From contig CAZHUO010000001.1 in assembly GCA_964535715.1 (NCBI GenBank), positions 31,696-95,695 on the forward strand: DNA of 64,000 bases, given 5' to 3'. Below, one piece after another: positions 40,626 through 49,059 of this stretch. Positions within the stretch are counted from its first letter, which is position 1; the number at the start of each line of letters is the position of its first letter. The position numbers and the translations under genes were made by a program. Below the pieces are notes generated by a model. That model was given only the letters and a program-made list of their open reading frames with translations. It made no database searches and had not been told where the DNA came from. Source of the stretch: an uncultured Gammaproteobacteria bacterium. GTDB lineage: Bacteria > Patescibacteriota > Patescibacteriia > Buchananbacterales > UBA6539.

Positions 40626-41801
40626 ATGCCACTATTTTCAAAATCTAAAAATTATATTGGAATCGATTTTGATTCCAATAGTGTAAAGATAGTTGAATTG
40701 AAAAACGAAGGCGGCCGGCCAAGGCTTGCCACTTATGGCTATATTGACAAAGAAATTAATGGTTTATTAAGCAGTGAAAACAAGGGAGATGCAAACGAAA
40801 TTGGAAAATTAATCAAGCAAGTCGGTAAAAAAGCTAAAGTGACGACAAATCAAGCGGTTGCCGCTCTTCCTTCTTTTTCGGTTTTTAGCTCGATTTTAAG
40901 CCTGCCGGAAATGTCAAAGAAAGATTTAGCTTCAGCAATCAAGTGGGAAGCAAAAAAAGTAATTCCTCTTCCGGCCGAAGAAATGATTTTGGATTGGAAG
41001 GTTCTTGATAGTGATGAAAAAAACAAGGCCGGCGAAAAACCGAAAGAAAAAAAAGAAAGCAATGACGCAAAAAAAGATGAAAGCGTCCAAGAAGATGAAA
41101 ACAGCGAAGATGATGAAAAAGACGATGGATTTTTAAAGATTAGCCAAAAAACTAAAAATAAAAGCACTAAAGTTTTGCTGACAGCGGCGCCAAAAGACCT
41201 GGTTAAGCGTTATATGGAAATTTTTAAAGCCTCAGGTTTCGCCTTATTAAGCCTTGATACTGAACCTTTGGCTTTAATCCGCTCTTTGGCTTCAAATGAC
41301 AAATCGCCTTTAATGATTGTTGATATCGGATCGGTTGTCACAAATATTTCGATTTCGGTCAATGCTGTTCCGATTTTAAGCAGAAGCCTGGATGTCGGCG
41401 GAATGACAATAACAAAATCAATTGCAAACAGCCTAAACGTAAGTTTATCTAGAGCCGAACAGTTTAAATATGATATCGGAATGAACCCGATGCGCGCCGG
41501 CCAGGGAAGTGTTCCAAAAACGATTGAAAACGCCTTGGTGCCGATAATTGATGAGTTAAAATACAGTATAAATTTATATCGAAATCAAGGTAAGAATAAT
41601 ATTGAAAAAATAATTCTAACCGGCGGATCTTCCTTGCTGCTTAATTTGCCAGAGTACTTGTCTAATGTTTTAGGCATTAGATCGTTTTTAGGCGATCCCT
41701 GGGCAAGAGTGATATATCCGGAAGAATTAAGGCCGGTTTTAGATGAAATTGGCTGTCGTTTTTCCATAGCTGTCGGCTTAGCGATGAGAAATATTGAATA
41801 A
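40626..41801 (+). CDS. pilM: Type IV pilus assembly protein PilM
   Basis: IGIDF..VKIVEL, VDIGS, IILTGGS, AVGLAMR actin-like fold. Confidence 0.93.
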   Translation: MPLFSKSKNYIGIDFDSNSVKIVELKNEGGRPRLATYGYIDKEINGLLSSENKGDANEIGKLIKQVGKKAKVTTNQAVAALPSFSVFSSILSLPEMSKKDLASAIKWEAKKVIPLPAEEMILDWKVLDSDEKNKAGEKPKEKKESNDAKKDESVQEDENSEDDEKDDGFLKISQKTKNKSTKVLLTAAPKDLVKRYMEIFKASGFALLSLDTEPLALIRSLASNDKSPLMIVDIGSVVTNISISVNAVPILSRSLDVGGMTITKSIANSLNVSLSRAEQFKYDIGMNPMRAGQGSVPKTIENALVPIIDELKYSINLYRNQGKNNIEKIILTGGSSLLLNLPEYLSNVLGIRSFLGDPWARVIYPEELRPVLDEIGCRFSIAVGLAMRNIE

Positions 41802-41816
41802 TTAATATTAAAAATT

Positions 41817-42911
41817 GTGGCAGACATTAATTTATTGCCAGATGACTTGAATGATTCTACAAAGGACGGAAAATTTTTTGTTGGCAGAAAAAATTTAAAC
41901 AATAAAGGATCCGAACCAAGTAATCTTGGCAAAGAGCCTTTTTCGTCTGAATCGAAAAATTCAGTTTTTGGCCGTTTTTTTTCCGGGAGTCCTACGGAAA
42001 AGCCGGCACTTAAATTATCTGAGATGTCAAAGATAAAGAATAATTCAACAGATAACGATTTAATTGAAAATAGCCAAAAAAAGCCGCAAAATTCCGATTT
42101 AAGCGGTTATGAGCTTGAAGAAATAAAAAATAAAAGAAGAGAATTGAAAAATGAAAAAATCGCCATAAGAAATAGCCAGTCGGAAAGAGAAAATTTGTCA
42201 AAAATTTTTAAGCCGAAAGAAGCGGTTGACTTGCAAGTAAAACAAGCCGAGCAGGCCGAATTTAATAAGGCAGGTAAAGATGATACGGCAAAAAAGACAA
42301 AAAAAGAGGCAAAAAAAGACAAGCAAGATTTTTTGGATGTTAATTTGATGCCGCAGGAAGAGACTTTCATGCAGCCAGAGCTTGAGGTGTCAAAGAAACT
42401 TTATTTAAGCGCCATGATAATTTTTTCTTCCATTTTTATTGTAGCTGTTTTATATCTTGGCATTACCCTATATCAGCTCAGCATCGCAAAAAATATATCA
42501 GAAATCGAAAAAGAAATAAATGATTTGGGTCAAAAAATTTCAAGCGTTGAAGGTAATAAAAATGAAGCACTTGCGGTTCAAAGTCATTTTGAGGCGGCAG
42601 ATAAACTCATAAAAAAGCATATATATTGGACTAAATTTTTTGGTTTTTTGGAAAAATACACAAATAATGACGTATATTACACAAGTTTTTCAATGGCCGG
42701 CCAGGATAAGCTGGTGATATCAGCGGTTGGAAAAGACTATCAATCTGTCGCCAAGCAGTTGGTTTCTTTCCAAAAAGCCGGTGATTTTATAAAAAATGTG
42801 AGAATTGATGCCGCTTCTGCCGACATTGTTGATGAAGCGGGAAATTATCAGGTCAACTTTAACATAAACTTGGAATTTCAGCCCGCTGTTTTTTTCGAGG
42901 CAGATAAATAA
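41817..42911 (+). CDS. PilN-like protein with extended N-terminus
   Basis: INLLP at the GTG start, second VNLMP before the TM, coiled coil, position after pilM. Confidence 0.75.
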   Translation: MADINLLPDDLNDSTKDGKFFVGRKNLNNKGSEPSNLGKEPFSSESKNSVFGRFFSGSPTEKPALKLSEMSKIKNNSTDNDLIENSQKKPQNSDLSGYELEEIKNKRRELKNEKIAIRNSQSERENLSKIFKPKEAVDLQVKQAEQAEFNKAGKDDTAKKTKKEAKKDKQDFLDVNLMPQEETFMQPELEVSKKLYLSAMIIFSSIFIVAVLYLGITLYQLSIAKNISEIEKEINDLGQKISSVEGNKNEALAVQSHFEAADKLIKKHIYWTKFFGFLEKYTNNDVYYTSFSMAGQDKLVISAVGKDYQSVAKQLVSFQKAGDFIKNVRIDAASADIVDEAGNYQVNFNINLEFQPAVFFEADK

Positions 42912-42912
42912 A

Positions 42913-42989
42913 GGGTATTTCACCCTTTGTCGGCTCCTCGTCTCGGAAGCAAAAAATTGTAATTTTTGTTTCACTCGACTTACGTCGCC
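42913..42989 (-). mobile_element. TTTATT-flanked element, copy 4 (77 bp, minimal form)
   Basis: Minus strand GGCGACGTAAG...GAGGAGCC...GGGTGAAATACCC; AATAAA at 42907-42912 and 42990-42995. Confidence 0.85.
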
Positions 42990-42998
42990 AATAAAAAT

Positions 42999-43619
42999 AT
43001 GGAAAAAAGAAGTAATCAAAAAATAAGAAACGATAAAAACCTTCAGCTAAAGATTTTTTTTCTTAAATATTACAAATTAATTATTTTGTTTTTTGTTGCT
43101 ACTATTATCGGCCTGAGCTATTATTTTATTTTAAACCCTAAATACCAGCAAGCAAGCATCGGCGGAAAGTATAATGTCAGCTCTTTACAGCAAGAGTTAG
43201 ACAGAAGAAGCGCCTACTTGGCTGATTTAAAATCTTTGGACAATAATTATAAGCTTATTAATCAGAAAGACATCGAAAAAATAAAAATGATTTTGCCTGA
43301 AGAAAAAGACATAGCCGGTATTTTTGTCCAGCTGGAATCATTAGCCAAGGAAAATAATCTTTTTTTGGACGGAGTGAGCATTAACGAAGCGGAAACTGAA
43401 AATATTGATTCCGCCGAAAAAAACAATGACGGAATAAAGAAACTCAGCATAAAGCTGAATCTTACAAGCACTACCGAAGACGGAGACTATAATGAAATCA
43501 AGAATTTTTTATCTTCGCTGGAATACAACTTAAGGCTTTTTGATGTCAATGCGGTTTATTTTTCTCCGGGATCACCAACCTATTCAATCAATCTTTTTAC
43601 CTATTATTATAAAAAATAA
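42999..43619 (+). CDS. PilO-like protein
   Basis: TM, coiled coil, ILP, Y.EIK.FL..LE..LRLFDV; ATG at 42999. Confidence 0.8.
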   Translation: MEKRSNQKIRNDKNLQLKIFFLKYYKLIILFFVATIIGLSYYFILNPKYQQASIGGKYNVSSLQQELDRRSAYLADLKSLDNNYKLINQKDIEKIKMILPEEKDIAGIFVQLESLAKENNLFLDGVSINEAETENIDSAEKNNDGIKKLSIKLNLTSTTEDGDYNEIKNFLSSLEYNLRLFDVNAVYFSPGSPTYSINLFTYYYKK

Positions 43620-43626
43620 TTTTTAT

Positions 43627-43938
43627 ATGCTAGTTCAGAAAAAAATACAGGGTTTTAAAAAAATTTTTTTCGTTTTTTTTATATTAGTGCTTGCCGGCAT
43701 AATCGGCTATTTGGTTTATGTCAATTTTTTTGATGTCAACGTAAAGAAAGCAAAATTTTTCAATAATAAGATAGAAACTTTAAAAATTTCAAAAATAAAT
43801 CCCGAAATAAAAAACGATTTTTTGAATAAATCGCCTTATACCAATTTTAAGCCAGGCGCCAAACTGCCAGTTGAAGTTGAAAAGGCGGGCAGGGATAATC
43901 CTTTTAGATTTATTCCATTTTTTTTATTAAATAATTAA
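43627..43938 (+). CDS. Small membrane protein at the PilP position
   Basis: N-terminal TM and C-terminal GRDNPF motif. Confidence 0.65.
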   Translation: MLVQKKIQGFKKIFFVFFILVLAGIIGYLVYVNFFDVNVKKAKFFNNKIETLKISKINPEIKNDFLNKSPYTNFKPGAKLPVEVEKAGRDNPFRFIPFFLLNN

Positions 43939-43946
43939 TTTAGCCA

Positions 43947-45671
43947 ATGAATAGCCAGAAAAATCAATTACTCGGCGCATTAGTGTCAGAAAATATTTTG
44001 GATATTAATGCCGCTTCTGAAATTGAAAAAAAAGCCCTGGCTGAAAACAAAAGCATTGAAGATATTATTATCAGTAAAAATATAGTTGATGAAGAAAAAC
44101 TTACTGAAATAAGGGCAAAAATTTTGGATGTTCCCGCGGTTAACTTAAGCGGAAAGCAGATTCAAAAAAAAATTTTAAACTTGATTCCAAAAGAAGTTGC
44201 GGAAAATTATCAAATGGTTCCATTTGAAAAAATTGGAAATGAAGTTCATGTTGCCTTAATTAATCCCCAAAATTTTAAAGCGATTGAAGCGATTGAATTT
44301 TTAGCCCAAAAAGCCAATTTAAAAATTAAATATTTCATTACCTCGCCTTCAAGCTTTAATTCGGCATTCAAGCAATTCGGAGTTTTAGGTGAAGAAGTCC
44401 AAAAAGCTTTAGCCGGCATAGAGGAAGATTCAGACGAAGTTTTTGACATTGATAGGATGAAAGAAATGGAGCAGGTAATTAAGAATGCTCCGGTTTCAAA
44501 AATGGTTTTGGTGATTATTAGGCATGCAATCGACGGCCGGGCTTCCGATATTCATATCGAGCCGACAATTAAAGATACAAGAGTCCGTTATCGGATTGAT
44601 GGAATTTTAAGGACTTCCTTGGTTTTGCCAAAATATATCCATTCGGCAATCATAGGACGGATAAAAGTTTTGGCAAATTTAAAAATAGATGAAACCAGAA
44701 AACCCCAAGACGGCAGAATCAGGCTAAGTATAGAAGACCATGATGTTGATTTTCGCGTATCGACTTTGCCGTTATTTGAGGGTGAAAAAATCGTTTTGAG
44801 AATTTTAGATACGGCAACGGAAGTTCCTACCTTGGAAGACTTGGGATTTAATCCCATCCACATAAATATTATTAAAGAAGTTGTTAAAAAACCTCACGGA
44901 CTTTTGCTTTTGACCGGTCCGACCGGTTCGGGGAAAACCACTACTCTTTATACGATTTTAACAATGCTAAATCAGGAAGGGACAAATATCGTAACCCTTG
45001 AAGATCCGATCGAATATTATGTCCCGGGAGTAAATCAATCGAATATTAATCCTGATGTCGGTTATACCTTTGCTTCAGGCTTAAGATCAATATTGCGCCA
45101 GGATCCCAATGTCATAATGGTTGGCGAAATCAGGGATAAGGAAACTACCGAGCTGGTAATCCATGCAAGTTTGACCGGCCATTTGATGCTTTCGACCCTT
45201 CATACCAATAATGCTGTCGGTTCAATACCCCGGCTAATCGACCTTGGAGCTGAGCCCTTTTTGCTTTCATCTGTCCTTAATTTAGTTATTGCCCAGAGGC
45301 TTGCCAGAAGAATTTGCCCTGATTGCAAAAAAGAAATTCCAATCCCTCAGGTGATGCTTAAAAAAGTTAAAGAGCAGCTGGCAAGTACGCCTGCGGAATA
45401 TTTACAGGGGCTTAATTTTGATAAATTGGTTTTTTATAAAGGCCAAGGCTGTTCTCACTGCGGAAATTTGGGTTATAAGGGCAGAATTGCCGTGTCGGAA
45501 GCAATTATAATTAATAATGAAATAAGAGAAATAATCAGCAGGGGCGGCGATGTTAACATGGTTAAAGTTTTGAAGGATCAAAATTTTATCACTTTAACCC
45601 AGGATTGCCTGATTAAAGCATTAAAAGGGCTGACTACCATAGATGAAGTAATCAGGGTGTCGCAAATATAA
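43947..45671 (+). CDS. pilB: Type IV pilus assembly ATPase PilB/GspE
   Basis: ASDIHIEP, GPTGSGKTTT, TLEDPIEY, MVGEIRD, STLHTN, CxxC-CxxC. Confidence 0.93.
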   Translation: MNSQKNQLLGALVSENILDINAASEIEKKALAENKSIEDIIISKNIVDEEKLTEIRAKILDVPAVNLSGKQIQKKILNLIPKEVAENYQMVPFEKIGNEVHVALINPQNFKAIEAIEFLAQKANLKIKYFITSPSSFNSAFKQFGVLGEEVQKALAGIEEDSDEVFDIDRMKEMEQVIKNAPVSKMVLVIIRHAIDGRASDIHIEPTIKDTRVRYRIDGILRTSLVLPKYIHSAIIGRIKVLANLKIDETRKPQDGRIRLSIEDHDVDFRVSTLPLFEGEKIVLRILDTATEVPTLEDLGFNPIHINIIKEVVKKPHGLLLLTGPTGSGKTTTLYTILTMLNQEGTNIVTLEDPIEYYVPGVNQSNINPDVGYTFASGLRSILRQDPNVIMVGEIRDKETTELVIHASLTGHLMLSTLHTNNAVGSIPRLIDLGAEPFLLSSVLNLVIAQRLARRICPDCKKEIPIPQVMLKKVKEQLASTPAEYLQGLNFDKLVFYKGQGCSHCGNLGYKGRIAVSEAIIINNEIREIISRGGDVNMVKVLKDQNFITLTQDCLIKALKGLTTIDEVIRVSQI

Positions 45672-45706
45672 AATAATCTACAAATTAAAAATAATGAATT
45701 AAAATT

Positions 45707-46081
45707 ATGGCCAGCAAGAAAAAAATTTTATTAGTTGAGGACGATGAATTTTTAGCCGAACTTTATGCAACCAAACTGGGTTTGGAAAAATTTGAAGTAT
45801 ATTTGGCATCAGACGGCGAAAAAGGATTAAGGATAACAAAAGAAAAAAAACCCGATTTGATTTTGCTGGATATAATACTGCCTAAAATGGATGGTTTTGA
45901 AATTTTAAAAATTTTGAAAGCCGATCCTGAATTAAAGAATATCCCCGTTATTCTTTTGACGAACTTAAGCCAGAAAGATGAAGTCAAAAAAGGCCTTGAG
46001 CTGGGTGCTAACGATTATTTGATTAAGGCTCATTTTATGCCTTCGGAAGTTGTAAAAAAAATAAAAAACATTATTGGATAA
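45707..46081 (+). CDS. Single-domain response regulator receiver
   Basis: LLVEDD, LLDIILPKMDG, LTN, IK. Confidence 0.95.
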   Translation: MASKKKILLVEDDEFLAELYATKLGLEKFEVYLASDGEKGLRITKEKKPDLILLDIILPKMDGFEILKILKADPELKNIPVILLTNLSQKDEVKKGLELGANDYLIKAHFMPSEVVKKIKNIIG

Positions 46082-46091
46082 ATAAAAAATT

Positions 46092-47162
46092 ATGGCTTCA
46101 ATAGACTCCATTATCAATAGAATTTTGATTGCCGCCGCAAAGCAAAAAGCTTCAAATATTCATTTGACTGTTGGCGCTTTGCCGGCTTTAAGAATTGATG
46201 AAAAACTTATTGAGCTTTCCGATGAAGTGGCAATAACAGATGATTTTTTAAGGCAGCTTGCCGACAGCTGGCTTGATATTTCTCAAAAGCAGGAATTGGT
46301 AAAAAATAAAGAGATAATCTTCGTCAAAGAGATTGACAATAAATTCAGATTTAAAATAAATTTTTTTTTCCAAAAAGGTTTTTTGTCGGCTTCACTGAAG
46401 GTAATTTATGACAAGATTCCATCATTGGCAAGTTTAGGACTGCCAAAGTCGGCTTACGGCTTTTCGGAAAAGAATTCCGGCCTAATTATAATTTGCGGCC
46501 CTTACGATTCCGGCCGGAGCACGACTGTTAATTCAATAATCGAAGAAATCAATAAAAAAAGAAGTGAAAATATAATTGTTATTGAAAAGCCGGTAGAATA
46601 TCTTTTTACGAACCAGAAAAGCATTATTGAACAAAGGGAAGTTGGCCGAGATACTATTTCTTTTACTGAGGCGGTTAAATCTGCCCAGCAGTCAGATGTT
46701 GATATAATTTCGGTTGGCGCTAATTCTGAATCCGAATCAATACCGCTTGTCGTTGAATTTGCCAATTCCGGCCGGCTGGCTTTTATGATCATGGATACGA
46801 TTTCCGCAATTCAAACCATTGAAGAAATTATCTCTTCTTTTCCGGTAAATGAAAGGGAAAGGGCGAATATTTTGCTTGCTGATTGTATTCTCTCGATAAT
46901 TTCTCAGCGTTTGGTTCCTCGCCGTGGCGGCGGCTTGGCTTTGGCAACGGAGATTTTAATTGCCACCGAATCAGTCCGTTCTCTTATTAGGGAGGGGAAA
47001 ATCAAGCAGCTGATGACTATTTTACAAAGTTCCAGGGAAGAAGGAATGCTTACATTAGACCAGTCATTAGCTGAATTAGTTTTATCAAACGAGGTTTCAA
47101 TTGAAAAAGCGATGGAATATGTAGGTGATAAAGAAATTTTTCGAGGAATGGCTAAGGGTTAA
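46092..47162 (+). CDS. PilT/PilU-like protein with degenerate ATPase motifs
   Basis: EQREVG, ISQRL, SLIREGK, GM.TLDQSL retained; Walker A reads GPYDSGRST. Confidence 0.85.
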   Translation: MASIDSIINRILIAAAKQKASNIHLTVGALPALRIDEKLIELSDEVAITDDFLRQLADSWLDISQKQELVKNKEIIFVKEIDNKFRFKINFFFQKGFLSASLKVIYDKIPSLASLGLPKSAYGFSEKNSGLIIICGPYDSGRSTTVNSIIEEINKKRSENIIVIEKPVEYLFTNQKSIIEQREVGRDTISFTEAVKSAQQSDVDIISVGANSESESIPLVVEFANSGRLAFMIMDTISAIQTIEEIISSFPVNERERANILLADCILSIISQRLVPRRGGGLALATEILIATESVRSLIREGKIKQLMTILQSSREEGMLTLDQSLAELVLSNEVSIEKAMEYVGDKEIFRGMAKG

Positions 47163-47175
47163 TATTTGATAATTT

Positions 47176-48381
47176 ATGCCTTATTACCGATACAAAGCAA
47201 AAGATAAAACCGGCACCACTTTGTCCGGCTTGATTCAGTCGATTTCAAGCGATTTGGCGGTCGACATGCTTTCGGAACAAGGTTTGGTGATCCTTTCTTT
47301 AAAGGAAGAGGATATTAAAAGCTGGGACAGGTCTTTAAAATTTTTCAACCGGATTAAAATTAAGGATCTTGTTGTTTTTTCCCGCCAGCTTTCAGTAATA
47401 ATTTCAGCCACCATACCTTTAGTCCAGGGTTTAAGGATAATAGTCAATCAAACCGAAAATCCCGCTTTTCAAGCAATAATTTCTGAAGTTGCCGATGATG
47501 TTGAAGGCGGAGCCAAGCTTTCCGTATCTTTAGGCCGCCATCCCCATGCTTTTTCTGATTTTTTTGTAAATATCATTAAGTCGGGCGAGACTTCCGGAAA
47601 ACTTGATGAAGTTTTGAATTATTTGGCTGATCAGCAGGAAAAGGATTATGATTTATCGTCCAAAATCAAGGGGGCAATGATTTATCCGATATTTATTCTT
47701 GCCGGTTTAGTGACCGTTGGGGCTTTAATGATGATTTTTGTCATTCCCCAGCTCACCTCGATTTTAGCTGAAACCGGCGTACAGCTGCCATTGTCAACCA
47801 GAATTTTAATAAGCGTAAGCAATTTTCTTGCCGCTTATTGGTGGGCGGTTTTGATAGCATTAATTTTTGGCATATCTTCTGTCAGAGTTTTGATTTCGAC
47901 TCCGAAAGGCAGATATTATTGGGATACTTTCAAGCTTAGGTTGCCGATTTTTGGAAAACTTTTTCAAAAAATAATATTAGTTCGCTTAACCAGAAGCCTT
48001 TGCACCCTTATTACCGGCGGAGTTTCTTTGACAAAAAGCTTGGATATTGTATCTAATGTTGTTGGAAACGAAACTTATAAAATAATCTTGAGGGAAACCA
48101 GGCTTGAAGTTGAAGACGGAAATTCAATAGCCACGATTTTTTTGAAAAGAAAAGAAGTGCCGGTAATGGTTTCGCAAATGCTTAAACTGGGAGAAAAAAC
48201 CGGTCGGATTGACGAAATTTTGGATAAACTGGCTAATTTTTACAGTCGGGAAGTAAATAATATGGTGGCGAATCTTACTACTATAATAGAGCCGTTGATT
48301 ATGGTTTTAATGGGTGCTGCTGTCGGTATTTTGGTTGCCGCGATAATTTTGCCAATGTATAATTTAGCGGCGGTTTTATAA
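47176..48381 (+). CDS. pilC: Type IV pilus platform protein PilC/GspF
   Basis: FSRQL, GETSGKL, AMIYP, GEKTG, IEP..ILPMY. Confidence 0.95.
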   Translation: MPYYRYKAKDKTGTTLSGLIQSISSDLAVDMLSEQGLVILSLKEEDIKSWDRSLKFFNRIKIKDLVVFSRQLSVIISATIPLVQGLRIIVNQTENPAFQAIISEVADDVEGGAKLSVSLGRHPHAFSDFFVNIIKSGETSGKLDEVLNYLADQQEKDYDLSSKIKGAMIYPIFILAGLVTVGALMMIFVIPQLTSILAETGVQLPLSTRILISVSNFLAAYWWAVLIALIFGISSVRVLISTPKGRYYWDTFKLRLPIFGKLFQKIILVRLTRSLCTLITGGVSLTKSLDIVSNVVGNETYKIILRETRLEVEDGNSIATIFLKRKEVPVMVSQMLKLGEKTGRIDEILDKLANFYSREVNNMVANLTTIIEPLIMVLMGAAVGILVAAIILPMYNLAAVL

Positions 48382-48432
48382 AAGGAATTTCCTTAAATAA
48401 TCAAGAAGTTTTAATAATTCATTCGATTGCAA

Positions 48433-48461
48433 TTGCCATTTTTTATTTTTTATATTATAAT
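48433..48461 (+). promoter_or_regulatory. Putative sigma70 promoter of the major pilin
   Basis: TTGCCA-17 bp-TATAAT; strong SD (AAAGGGGGTG) before 48527. Confidence 0.65.
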
Positions 48462-48526
48462 ATAATTAATATAAATAAAAATTATCTTCGTATTAATTTG
48501 ATGCGAAAAAGAAAGGGGGTGAAAAA

Positions 48527-48958
48527 ATGCAAAATAAAAAAGGTTTTACTCTTATCGAATTGCTGGTAGTTATCGCCATTATCGGATTATTGTCGACTTT
48601 GGCGGTTGTCGCTTTAAATTCTGCCAGATCAAAAGCCCGCGATGCTAAAAGAATTGCCGATATCAAACAAATCCAAACCAGCCTGGAGCTTTATTTTAAT
48701 GATCAATCCGGTTATCCTGCCGCTACCGCTACTTTGGGCCTTTCAGGAGCTGCTTGTTTAGGAACTGCCGGCTTTGGAATTGCCGGTTGCGCTGATCCGT
48801 ATATGGGATTGGTTCCTTCTAATCCGACTCCGCAAGGAGCGGCCTATGTCTATACTTCTGCCGGTGCTGATACTTATACAATTTCATTTAATTTAGAAGG
48901 TACAACCGGCGGTCTTGCTTCAGGAGCTCATACTGCCAACCAAGACGGAATGCAGTAA
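48527..48958 (+). CDS. Type IV pilin, likely the major subunit
   Basis: KKG/FTLIELLVV class III signal; own promoter, SD and downstream hairpin. Confidence 0.9.
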   Translation: MQNKKGFTLIELLVVIAIIGLLSTLAVVALNSARSKARDAKRIADIKQIQTSLELYFNDQSGYPAATATLGLSGAACLGTAGFGIAGCADPYMGLVPSNPTPQGAAYVYTSAGADTYTISFNLEGTTGGLASGAHTANQDGMQ

Positions 48959-48988
48959 TTTTTACATAATGGAAGCTTCCTAATAATT

Positions 48989-49019
48989 ATCTAGCCCCGA
49001 CTATATGTCGGGGCTAGAT
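48989..49019 (+). terminator. Hairpin after the pilin gene
   Basis: ATCTAGCCCCGAC-TATAT-GTCGGGCTAGAT. Confidence 0.65.
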
Positions 49020-49059
49020 TAGTATTAAATAAATGATTTAAAAATGCTATAATTTATCC

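Noticed and set aside
42966-42998. TTG start for the PilO-like gene
   Set aside because: Lies inside element copy 4; ATG at 42999 is more plausible
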